A program made the translations under genes and the position numbers. A stretch of DNA of 64,000 bases from Mesotaenium endlicherianum. Its lineage: Eukaryota. Shown here one piece after another: positions 51,466 to 62,295 of this stretch. Location of the stretch: assembly GCA_009602735.1 (NCBI GenBank), contig WELA01002777.1:89680-153679 (forward strand), written 5' to 3'. Each line of letters opens with the position of its first letter. Within the stretch, counting starts at the first letter, position 1. The notes below the pieces were generated by a model. It saw only the letters and a list, made by a program, of their open reading frames with translations. It had not been told where the DNA came from and did not search any database.

Positions 51466-52449
51466 CTTTGCAACCAGGGTAGCAGGAGCACAACCTACAT
51501 AAGAAGGCGGATTCACTGGAAGACACTTTCCTACAGAACTTGAGAAGAGGAAGTGTCGTGTGTGTTGCGGGTACGTTTGGGCAACGTGCCAATAGAAAGA
51601 GAGCTAAGTTTTGTGATTACAAATGTACGTCTTGTAATGTGTATCAGGTGCTGCTTCTTGCTTTCAAGTATACCACACAACCAGGATTATTCCCCATCTA
51701 GATGAAGGATCTTTCAGGGAGAAGAGATCTTAGGAGACACAAGTAGGCAAGAATCGACGAAATAGAGATAATCTGGTAGGAAGTGTTATTAATCGTAGTG
51801 ATCCTGTGAGATTTATGAAGATATGACAAGATTGAGTTCGTTAGCTTCTATTTGATTCTATTTTTTTAATTTTTCAAAACAAACAAATTAATTGTTTATT
51901 TTATCACCGAATTGATCCAATTAAATTATTCTCAGAATATTTAAAATTTATTTAAAAAATCCTTACGAAGTCAAGAACACAAAATATGCTATGTTGAGTT
52001 TCAGATTTGTGTGATCTGTGTGCACTTCACAAAGTCAAGCTGTGCGAAGTTGTCCATTGAAATGCTTGTTGCATCATGCTTTTTTTGCGCATCATATTAG
52101 GTGCATATTTGTTAAGAGCACCATATGCCAAAGTACTTCTTCAATAGATCTCAAATGTTGCACATGTAGAGATTACCCATATGCATACTTCCGGCTAAAT
52201 TCCCATGCCCTAGAAATCGAGGTCTCAAGAGTTATGAAGATCCAAATTTTGTTATTTTGGGTGTCGTTATTTTCGATTTCACTCTTTTAAAAAAACATCA
52301 TGAAAACCAAAAAATGTGGTCACCAAGATTGTGATGACAACTGTCCATATCTGTACTTCATTGCATGATAGGACTAATACTATGATCACAAAAAAATCAA
52401 GAGTAATGGTAGTAGATGCATCGAAAAGTGAAGTTGCCGTGGGCTATCT
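51466..52449 (+). mobile_element. piggyBac-like relic 1: C-terminal cysteine-rich domain and 3' end; last bases continue at 61268-61276 followed by TTAA
   Basis: FTGRHFPTELEKRKCRVC...YKCTSCNV...SCFQVYHT from 51512. The reconstructed end reads ...GGGCTATCTAGTG|TTAA. Confidence 0.7.
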
Positions 52450-53168
52450 TGTAATGAATCAGTATATTAAAGGATATAATATTCATTTAAATATAATAGT
52501 TAATTAAGTTCAGCCTGCTGAACTTTAGTTAATAGTCAGTCTGCTGGACTTTACATAATTATCAGTTTAATGACTCAGCCAGAAGCAGCAAGCTGAAGTC
52601 CATATAAGTCAGCTTGCTGACCCATTCTTTGACAGCCAGCTGACTTCCGTACTTGGTAGCAGCGAACTGCCTTGATATGCATCTAAGTGCGATATGCTAG
52701 ATGAATAGCCAGATGACATCCCTATGATGGATGGCTATTCGGGATGATGGGAGATGGCGGTGGATTTGGTTAACCGAGGTCCTACCAACGTGGTTAACTC
52801 CCGGGTAGGCGGTGCCATCGCACTGACCGTTGAACAGTAAACTCATTCCATGTACATATGCTAGGCATTGCTCTCGAGTTCGGCATTCGGAAACGAGGCC
52901 AACTCTCTTGTACAGCTTACTGAGAGAGATCTGAATCCAAGGCGAGAAGCCATTGATACGCACTGTCTTCTAACCTTGCTTATGTATGAGTTTACTGATT
53001 TGCATCATTGATGCTAGTTTACTCGCATTTGACTTACGAGTATTATTCCCTGCTAGTGTATTGTCCTTTGCCGTTTAACTAGTTAACGGAAATACCATAA
53101 AGATTACTTGCTGATATAAAGATCTTTATTAATTGTTAATCGCCTATTTGGTAAGTCGATTCATTTCA
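52450..53168 (+). repeat. A4 5' LTR (719 bp)
   Basis: Direct repeat of 60524-61267, followed by the PBS. Confidence 0.95.
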
Positions 53169-53202
53169 GTGGTATCGGAGCAGTTATCACAGTCTTCTTT
53201 GT

Positions 53203-54681
53203 ATGGTAAGGACAAGGTCTCAAACTAGCAACTCCCGAGACATGGAGAACCAGGATAACGAGAATGTCGAAAACCAGGCGGAAAGCCATGTAGCGGGAAA
53301 CCGTACCTATTCGGAAGCAGTAGCGGATACTGCAGCTAGGGAGGCAGCAGATGAGGCAGCTGCTATTGCCTCAGTCGCAGCTCAGCAAGCTGAGGAGGAG
53401 ATAGCCAGACTAGAAGCTGAACAAGTAGCAAAGGCCGCTGAAGATATACAAAGGAGGGAAGGACAGCCAGCTGACGAGCGCACTGTTGAAGAACTTATGG
53501 CATCAAGGGCCAATGTTCTGAACCCACCTCCTGCCGTACAACTCAATGTACCCCTAGGTCAAATACGTGACCGGCTGAATGCGGCAGGAATTGCTGCTGC
53601 AGGAGCAAGAGGGATTGTTGAGGACACTACTCAGCGAGTAGATGCCAATGCTGCTGCTGCATTTGCTAATCTACCACCCCAAAATGTAGACTTGGGAGCA
53701 TTGTTCGTTCAGATGCAGTCGCAAATGGCGACCATGTATCAGTCCCAGCAGGAGGACAAAAGAATCATAATGTCCCTACTCCGGGACAGAGACCAACTGG
53801 GGTCTCACACCACTAGTGGTGGTGGCCGAGGGCCTAGTAAGCCCAAGCCGAAACCTCCCCAGGACTATGATCCTGAGGGAAACAGAAAATATTACCTGAT
53901 CAAGTTTCTCGCGGATGTTGAGCAGTGGCTGGAGAACTACCCAGAACTGCAAGATTACGAGAAGGTCAGGCACACCGGTGCGCTACTGAAAGGCAGTGCC
54001 GCAGACTGGTGGCTTTACTGGAAGGAAGAGCGTAAGGCTCGGCAACTCGGTGACCCTACGTGGGTAGAGTTTGTCGAGAAGTTGCATGAGAAGTTTGATG
54101 TCATCAACCAGCAAGAGAAAGCTATCTATGCGATGATCTCCCTGACACTGAAGCAGACCACTTCAGTTGCTGAGTTTGCTCAAGAGTTCCAAGAGAACAT
54201 GATGAAGCAGCCTGATTTGCCAGAACGGTATAGGATAGCATACTTCAGGTATGGCTTGAAATTCGAAGTCTCTGGTCATTTCACTGAGAAAAAGTATGAG
54301 AAACTGGCTGACTTGATCCAGGATGCTGACGCCTGGGATCAGCAGCAGTTCAATCACAAGCGCCAGAGTAACGCTTTGGTGTCTAAGATTGTCAAAAAGC
54401 CCCACGGTTCCTACAATGCAGTTGAAGGAGACCAGGCTGAGGATAATCAGGGTGATGAATATGAGTATGAGTACAATGCTATTCAGTCTAGAGGTAGAGG
54501 TGGTCCCTCTCGAGGTGGCTATGGAAGGGGTGGTGGTAGGACTAAGCCGAGACCAGCCTCAGCAAAATCTACTTGCTACCATTGTCAGCAGAAAGGCCAC
54601 TACAGAGAACAGTGTCCGGTCAAGCACCTGCCTAAGGTCGAGAGAAAAGACCAGCCTTTAAAAGACAGCAACAGTCAGTAA
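53203..54681 (+). CDS. gag: Gag (492 aa), copy A4
   Basis: Retrotrans_gag-like core and zinc knuckle [14 protein letters not shown]. Confidence 0.95.
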   Translation: MVRTRSQTSNSRDMENQDNENVENQAESHVAGNRTYSEAVADTAAREAADEAAAIASVAAQQAEEEIARLEAEQVAKAAEDIQRREGQPADERTVEELMASRANVLNPPPAVQLNVPLGQIRDRLNAAGIAAAGARGIVEDTTQRVDANAAAAFANLPPQNVDLGALFVQMQSQMATMYQSQQEDKRIIMSLLRDRDQLGSHTTSGGGRGPSKPKPKPPQDYDPEGNRKYYLIKFLADVEQWLENYPELQDYEKVRHTGALLKGSAADWWLYWKEERKARQLGDPTWVEFVEKLHEKFDVINQQEKAIYAMISLTLKQTTSVAEFAQEFQENMMKQPDLPERYRIAYFRYGLKFEVSGHFTEKKYEKLADLIQDADAWDQQQFNHKRQSNALVSKIVKKPHGSYNAVEGDQAEDNQGDEYEYEYNAIQSRGRGGPSRGGYGRGGGRTKPRPASAKSTCYHCQQKGHYREQCPVKHLPKVERKDQPLKDSNSQ

Positions 54682-54698
54682 TCCAGTCTACTGACTGT
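54657..54698 (+). promoter_or_regulatory. Predicted -1 ribosomal frameshift signal
   Basis: T_TTA_AAA in the gag frame, 7-nt spacer, perfect 10-bp stem ACAGTCAGTA/TACTGACTGT. pol is open in the -1 frame. Confidence 0.8.
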
Positions 54699-57600
54699 GA
54701 GGATGCTAGAGATAGTGAGTCGTCACTAGCTGCCCTCGTAGCAGGTATTATGGGTCCTGCTGAACTGGATTCACTATGCATGCCTGACAAACAGATAAAG
54801 GAGACCATCAGTAATATAGACGTCCAGAGAGTGCACACTCTGGATGCTCTTGTTCCACCTGATGTCCAACATTTCTTTGCTACGTCAGGAGAACAATGCG
54901 AAAGTCAGGAAAAGACAGTCCCCCCTATCCTACTGCATTGCATGATTGCAGGTAGGAAGGTGAGGGCATTTGTTGACGGAGGGGCGTCACATACTTTTAT
55001 TCACAAGGACTTAGTTAAGCGGCTAAGGCTGCCTACTGTCATCCAAGGGAATAGACAAATATTCCTTGGAGATGCCTCAAGTATCACGGGAGGAGTTATA
55101 ACCAAGCCTATTGAGGTCCAGTTAGGTTCTGGCATTGCAGTTCTAACTGAAACGCTTACATTTGAGGTACTCAACACTGGCTTTTATGATCTCGTGCTAA
55201 GCAGGTCCTGGCTTAATAGACATAAAGCTGAAGTGTGTTGGAGCAGAGGTACAGTTAAAGTGAGAGGAGCCAGTGATGGGCAGACTGACTTGGCACCCAC
55301 CAGTGCTCTTCCTCTTGTCCTGTGTGGATGGCAAATGAAGGAAAAGAAGAGGCTTCCAGAAGGATGCAAGTTGCTGAATGCAATGGAGTTCGTCAAAAGC
55401 TGGAACCAGAAGGAAGACAGAATGTTCTGTCTGCTGCTAAGAGAGGTACCTCCTCAACCTGAAGAAGTGGTTGAGAAAAAGGTAAGCCCTCCGGAGCACC
55501 CTACTGCTGCAAAAATTGTTGCTCAGTACACTGATGTGTTTAACATGCCTCCAGGACTACCCCCTAAAAGGGAAGTAGATCATAGGATTGATCTATTACC
55601 TGGTAGCCAGCCACCCTGGCAACGCACTTATGGCTTGTCTTATTTGGAGAGCGAGGAGTTGAAAACACAGATTGCAGAGCTGGAGGAAAATGGTTACATT
55701 TCTCCCAGTAAATCACCGTACGGCGCACCTATCCTATTTGTTAAGAAAAAGGATGGCAGTATGCGGATGTGTGTGGATTACAGAGCCCTGAACAGAATTA
55801 CAGTAAAGAACAAGTATGCTTTACCCAGAATCGAGGACTTGCTTGATACCCTGTCTGGCGCTAAGGTGTTCAGTAAGATAGATCTCAAGAGTGGTTATCA
55901 TCAAATCAGAATTGCTGAGGGGGATGAACACAAGACTGCTTTCCGCACACGTTATGGACACTATGAGTTCAACGTGATGCCATTTGGACTGACTAATGCT
56001 CCTGCTACCTTTATGGGTGCTATGAATGACATTTTCAGACCTTATTTGGATAAGTTTGTGCAAGTTTTCCTGGATGATATTTTAATTTTCTCTAAAGATG
56101 AAGCTCAGCACACTGAACACTTAAAGGAAGTGCTGGACACTCTGCGGAAAAATCACTTGTATGCTAAAATGAGCGAGTGTGATTTCTTTAAAGAAAGTAT
56201 TGAATTCTTAGGCCACGTTGTCAGTTAAGAGGGCATCAGTGTGGATCCTAAGAAAGTCCAGACCATAAGGGACTGGCCAGTACCACAGTCTGTCTCTGAA
56301 GTTAGATCCTTCCTCGGGTTGGCTAACGACTATAGGAGATTTATTGAGAATTATTCCACAAAGGCCAGTAAACTGACTGACCTTACTAAGAAAGACATCG
56401 GGTATGTGTGGGGGGAAGAGCAGCAGGCTGCCTTCCAGACCCTTAAAGATGCCCTTTGTTCTGCCCCAGTGCTAGCCGTGTATGACCCCAGCAAACCGGT
56501 GCAGGTGGTTACTGATGCCTCTGATTTTGCCATGGGTGCTATTTTGTCGCAGCCTGCTGACAAAACCACAAAGGATGGTAAGGTACGGCAGGAGTGGCAT
56601 CCTGTGTTGTATGAGTCTATGAAATTTAATCCAGCGGAGATTAATTACTCAGTGCATGATAAAGAGCTGCTAGCTATCATTCATGTACTCAAACAGTGGA
56701 GAGCATACTTACATGGTAAAGCTTTTAAGGTGATTACAGATCATCTAGCTCTGACCCACTTTCAGAAGAAGTCCAAGCTGTCGAGGAGGGAGAACCGCTG
56801 GAGCCAGATGCTGGAGCAGTTCCAAGTCCAAATCGACTACAAACCAGGGAAGTTGAATCCTGCTGATGCACTCTCTAGAAGACCTGACTTGCAAGAAAGG
56901 AACTTTAGTCAGCATGCTGTAGATAAAGTCCTGTGTGCACTCACTTCACTAAAGGTGAAAAAGTCCTTCCTTGAACAACTTAGGAAAGCCTACCTTTCTG
57001 ACCCAACATTTGAGCCCAGCCCCACTACTGGTGTGTGTCGTGCTACTGCACTCGGGTATAAGCTTAAGGGAGGGGTCTGGGTGACTGAAACCACTTCAGG
57101 CAGGCTGAAGCTGGTCATTCCTAATAACTTGGAAATAAGGTCTCTCTTACTGAGTCAAGCTCATGACAGTCTCCTGGGTGGACATTTGGGGCAGGCCAAA
57201 ACTGTTGGCAAACTGGCAAAACATTATCATTGGGAGGGGTTACCCCGGGAGGTCTTGAAATATGTCAAGTCCTGTGACCAGTGTCAGAGAAATAAGTCTC
57301 GGCACACACCACCCGGAGGTCTCTTGCAACCGCTACCCATCCCAGCGGGACGCTGGGAAACTATATCCATGGACTGGGTGGTCTCACTACCAAGAACTGC
57401 CAACGGGCATGATTCAATACTGGTAGTCGTGGATAAACTGACAAAAATGGTCATTTTTATCCCCACAACTGTCAAAGTGACTGCACTCGAAACAGCGAGA
57501 CAGTTTTACAACCATGTAGTATGCCAACATGGGCTCCCTTCTAATATCATCTCAGACAGAGACTCAAAATTCACCTCTAAGTTCTGGAGAGCTTTAATGG

Positions 57601-58466
57601 GGTTAATGGGAGTCAAACAGCTGCTCAGCACAGCAAACCACCCTCAGACTGATGGGCAGACTGAAAGAACTAACCGAGTTCTGCAGGAGGTGCTGAGAGC
57701 ATATATTAACCAAAAACAAGATAATAGGGATGACCTGTTGCCTCAAATTCAGTTTGCGGTCAACAGTGAGGTGCACGCGTCAACGGGCAAAACTCCTTTT
57801 GAACTCAGCCTGGGTAGAGTCCCTAAGTCTCCTCTATATGTGCTAGGGGAATCTTCAACTCACCCTGAAGGGATTGACAACCCGGTCTCCCTCCAGTTAA
57901 TTCAGGAGTTTGCTGACACCCTGTCAGAAGTCCAACGAAACTTGCACACGGCCCAAGAAAACCAACAAAAATACGCTAATCAACACCGTCGGGAACTGAC
58001 ATTTTCCAAGGGGGATTTAGTCAAACTGCATTCTCAGCACCTGTACCTCCCTGGTGTGGTCAAGAAAAAGCTTGGCCCTGTCTGGGTCGGTCCATATTCG
58101 GTGGTCCGTCGTGTCGGTCAGAATGCTTACAAACTGAACATGTCAGCTGAATACAAGGGGCACCCGGTCTTTAATGTCTCCTTCCTGGAACCGTACATCA
58201 AAGGTGATACACTGTTCACAGGTCGGTTCCCTGTCCAACCGGGACCGGTCCCCGCTGTCCGGGACGGCGACCCTGAGGAATATGAGGTCGATGAGATTTT
58301 AGACGCTCGCTCGGTCCGTCGATCGTCTAAATATGTCATGAAATACCTCATTCGATGGAAGGGTTACGATGCCTCTGGGGACACTTGGGAGTTTAAGGAC
58401 CACTTGACCAATGCCAAAGGGGCGTTGACACGGTTCCACCTTCGGGCCGCTGGAGTCCCTCCATAA
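54657..58466 (+). pseudogene. pol: Pol (PR-RT-RNase H-INT-chromodomain) with a single premature TAA at 56226-56228, copy A4
   Basis: All domain motifs are present. Copy A3 has AAA (VSKEGIS) at the stop position. Confidence 0.92.
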
Positions 58467-58733
58467 CTGTCATTTCAGTTGACACGGGAAGGTGACAGGC
58501 GGTCCTGTCTCCATTTAAGTTGGAGGGGAAAATATATGACAGTTAGTGAGCGAGAGCGATAAAAACACACTCATACGTTTATGTGTAGCGCATCGCAACT
58601 ACGTCAACTTTTAGCAATCATCCTGTAAGGTAAACAGCAGCGAAGCCACTATACTAAATACTAACATACTTCCTGCAATCCCTATGACAAAGGTCCATAT
58701 CCTACTAACTTGTGCCCTGGTTACATGTGCAGG

Positions 58734-60410
58734 ATGGCGCCCACCACACAAAAGGAGGACAGAAAGCGCAAGGCAGAAGAAGCCAGGAGGACAATGGAGC
58801 AATACCAGAAGGAGCTGGCGGCGACGTCCCTCACCAGGAGAGAACAAGAAAGGGTCCGCAAACAACAAGAGGCGGCAGAAGAGGCACAGAGGAAGAAGGA
58901 TCAGGAAGCGGAAAACCTCAGGAAGGCTGAGGAGGAGAGACAGAAGAAACAGCAAGAAGAAGCGGCAGCGGCAGAAGAGGAGAAAAGAAAAAAGATTGAA
59001 GCGGACAGACAGAAGAGCTTGGCCACTTACAGGTATACTGTGGTGGGTGGCCAAAACTTCGATAACCTGAAGGAAGCATTGCTGGCAGCCCAGGAGATCA
59101 ACAGGCTGGAACAGACAACACTGCTACAGAAGGAAGGAGCTACAGCACTGGACAGGTACATCGAGACACACACCGGCGTGGTCCTTTACGAAGATTATGC
59201 TAAGATGGTGGGCTATACAGCAGAGCAGGCCCGGTATCTCGCAGATGATTCAGAGGACAAGCCGGTCCCCATACCGGGAATAGTGGGAGATCAGAGACTC
59301 ATCCGGATGGTGAGCATGCGGCCCGATAGCTTTAAGGATACGGTATTCTACCTCACACTCCTGCCAGCTTACAATGAAGTTGAGAGAAGGAGCTGGGAGT
59401 ACTTGGCCAGGGAAGCAGGACAGCAGATGTTCTCTCCCCACTGGTTCCCGTGTAAACTGAGGAAGGCTGAGCACGGACCCCAGTACTACCAGCAGCCAAC
59501 AGACTGGAGGTGGATGACCGTCACAAATAAGAAGCAGGAGTGTGACCGAGCCCAACCGGATGACTTCCACTATGGCCTAGACGGCTATCTCATCCTACCA
59601 CCTCACATTGCCCCTTGGGACCCCAGGCTGAATGGATGCCTGAGCAATATGAATGCAGAGACCAAGGAACATAGGAGGAGGGGAAGAGACTACTTCTCTA
59701 AGGGAAAGCATGCCTTTGTCAAATGGGCAAAGAATGCAGGCCGGATAGATATCAGTAGGCTGAAGGCCAAGCAACCTCCAGCGCGCCCTAAGAAAGGGAG
59801 GTCGGTAGACTACTCCATGTCTACTAGGGAGCAGGACGACTTAGTGGACGAGACCCCTACTCTCTCCGAGGAGGAGGATGAGGAGGATGAGGAAGAAGAA
59901 CAAGGCAGAGGAGAAGCATCAGCAGCAGGTACTCAGGATACCCAGCGACAGGCAGTGGCACTTCCTAAAGAACCACGATCAGGTGTGTGGAATGTGATCC
60001 CCGTTATGGCGACAACTGGACCCCGCGCTCGCTCCCCCAGCCCACCTGCCCAAGCAGGGGAAGAAGCTGATCTGACTGTACTGGGCAGCAGACACAGACA
60101 GAAATCCCCAGAGGACAGGGGTGCCAGAAGAGGGACACGCGGGTGGGCCAGAGGTATGCCAGCCTCCCCCTCCGCTCAGGGGCATGTACCTCTAGCCAAT
60201 GTATTTCAGCATCCTACTGGAATGCCTGTCTATGTGGGCATCAACACCCAAGTGGTTGAAGAGCAGGCTACCATCCTTCGTTCTCCTCGAGGTCCAACTT
60301 TAGAGCAAACCGGGTTCTTTAGAAGGCCAGCTGACAGACCTAGAGGGCTGTCCAGATCTAGGTCCAGATCTCCGTCCCCTGATCCTGAAGCCCCAGGAAC
60401 CACCCCTTAA
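58734..60410 (+). CDS. Family-A extra 3' ORF, variant 1 (558 aa from MAPTTQKED), function unknown
   Basis: Uninterrupted ORF between pol and the PPT. Charged coiled-coil-like N-terminus, aromatic-rich core, acidic tract, RS/SP-rich tail. Homologues in three other copies. Confidence 0.88.
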   Translation: MAPTTQKEDRKRKAEEARRTMEQYQKELAATSLTRREQERVRKQQEAAEEAQRKKDQEAENLRKAEEERQKKQQEEAAAAEEEKRKKIEADRQKSLATYRYTVVGGQNFDNLKEALLAAQEINRLEQTTLLQKEGATALDRYIETHTGVVLYEDYAKMVGYTAEQARYLADDSEDKPVPIPGIVGDQRLIRMVSMRPDSFKDTVFYLTLLPAYNEVERRSWEYLAREAGQQMFSPHWFPCKLRKAEHGPQYYQQPTDWRWMTVTNKKQECDRAQPDDFHYGLDGYLILPPHIAPWDPRLNGCLSNMNAETKEHRRRGRDYFSKGKHAFVKWAKNAGRIDISRLKAKQPPARPKKGRSVDYSMSTREQDDLVDETPTLSEEEDEEDEEEEQGRGEASAAGTQDTQRQAVALPKEPRSGVWNVIPVMATTGPRARSPSPPAQAGEEADLTVLGSRHRQKSPEDRGARRGTRGWARGMPASPSAQGHVPLANVFQHPTGMPVYVGINTQVVEEQATILRSPRGPTLEQTGFFRRPADRPRGLSRSRSRSPSPDPEAPGTTP

Positions 60411-60523
60411 GGTGACAGGCTGAAAAGATAGTCAGTAAGGGAGGCTGGTCAGGGTCAGTTTCTTTATTTAAAGCTTTTGCAGTTTAATGTTGTCGAGGCG
60501 ACAACAAGTTAAGTTGGAGGGAT

Positions 60524-61267
60524 TGTAATGAATCAGTATATTAGTAGATATAATATTCATTTAAATATAATAGTTAATTTAGTTCAGCCTGCTGAACTTT
60601 AGTTAGTAGTCAGTCTGCTGAACTTTAGTTAATAATCAGTCTGCTGGACTTTACATAATTATCAGTTTAATGACTCGGCCAAAAGCAGCAGGCTGAAGTC
60701 AACTTAAGTCAGCTTGCTGACACATTCTTTGACAGCCAGCTGACTTCCGTACTCGGTAGCAGCGAACTGCCTTGATATGCATCTAAGTGCGATATGCTAG
60801 ATGAATGGCCAGATGACATCCCTATGATGGATGGCTATTCGGGATGATGGGAGATGGCGGTGGATTTGGTTAACCGAGGTCCTACCAACGTGGTTAACTC
60901 CCGGGTAGGCGGTGCCATCGCACTGACCGTTGAACAGTAAACTCATTCCATGTACATATGCTAGGCATTGCTCTCGAGTTCGGCATTCGGAAACGAGGCC
61001 AACTCTCTTGTACAGCTTACTGAGAGAACTCTGAATCCAAGGCGAGAAGCCATTGATACGCACTGTCTTCTAACCTTGCTTATGTATGAGTTTACTGATT
61101 TGCATCATTGATGCTAGTTTACTCGCATTTGACTTACGAGTATTATTCCCTGCTAGTGTATTGTCCTTTGCCGTTTAACTAGTTAACGGAAATACCATAA
61201 GATTACTTGCTGATATAAAGATCTTTATTAATTGTTAATCGCCTATTTGGTAAGTCGATTCATTTCA
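60524..61267 (+). repeat. A4 3' LTR (744 bp, includes a 26-bp tandem duplication)
   Basis: Follows the PPT and ends in CA plus the TSD. Confidence 0.95.
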
Positions 61268-61280
61268 TATCTAGTGTTAA

Positions 61281-61890
61281 AGTCCTTCGGCGTGATTAAG
61301 GTCAAAAGAACCTCGTGTCCCTTCCTCACAAGTCCCTTGAGTTGGAGGGTGGACAATAGTATCTCGTGTTTCGGCTCCTTAATGCCTTGGGTTTGGGTAT
61401 TATGGATTGCGCGCAAGATCTAGATTCTTGAAGTAATATTTCTTTTGATTTTGATGTTATCCTCCCTTCAATCAACTGGGAATTGTGCTTGATCAACCAA
61501 GGCATCCCTAGGATGACCTCATACTTGCCCACTTGCTTGGGGGAGAACACTACTCTATCCATGAAGAACTTGATAGAGAGTGCCAAGGGGTATGTCTTTT
61601 TGGACGGGGTAGTATAGGAGAATTTGTTGGTCATCATTATCTCCTCGTTGTGGTCAAGAGTGCGCTTTGTATTACAATACTTGGTGACAAAATCTGCAAT
61701 GATGAAGTTACCTTGAGCTATGCTATCCATCAAGATGTGGACCTTCTCTCCTCCAAGGTAACCTGTCAACTTCTTGGGGTTGGAACGTCGTCTTCAATGG
61801 GGATTTCCACCTCACTTGACGTGTTGTCTTCTCGTGAAGTAGGTCAAGAGGTGCTGGCCTACCGGCGCTCTCTGGTTTTTGACAATTAAA
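61281..61890 (-). pseudogene. Decayed Ty3/gypsy protease region
   Basis: HILMDS.AQGNFI and YEVILGMPWLIKHN. Confidence 0.7.
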
Positions 61891-62295
61891 GTACTGTATA
61901 TGAATAAATTACTTAAATTAATATTTAAATACTGTATCTGTCGATAGTGAATATTTCTGCTACTACTATGGGTCCAATAGAATGTGTATAACATGCAAGT
62001 AATTCATTCACAGTCTGTGCATAACTAACATAAACACTCTAAATCAAGAATGAAGCCCATTGAAGATTTAGGCAAGAAGTTATGCAGGTTGAAGTGAGAG
62101 AGTGCACCCATAGCAAAATTTTGTAAGAAAGCAGTTTCTCGCCTAAAATTAAATTCACAACAAAGTATCATATCCCACTGCTTACTCATGCAAATACTAT
62201 AAAACAAGATGCATATGACTCACAAAATGCTACAAAAATATAAAAGTCAACAGTTTTATTTTAATATACACACACAATTATGAAGAATTATTTAA

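Larger units (their letters stand above)
52450..61267 (+). mobile_element. Full-length family-A chromoviral Ty3/gypsy retrotransposon (copy A4, 8818 bp) with extra 3' ORF
   Basis: LTRs 52450-53168 and 60524-61267 (TG...CA), PBS 53170-53181, PPT 60511-60523, 5-bp TSD TATCT at 52445-52449 and 61268-61272. Confidence 0.97.

Noticed and set aside
58734..60410. Calling the extra ORF env
   Set aside because: The position is env-like but there is no signal peptide or hydrophobic membrane span; the protein is highly charged.
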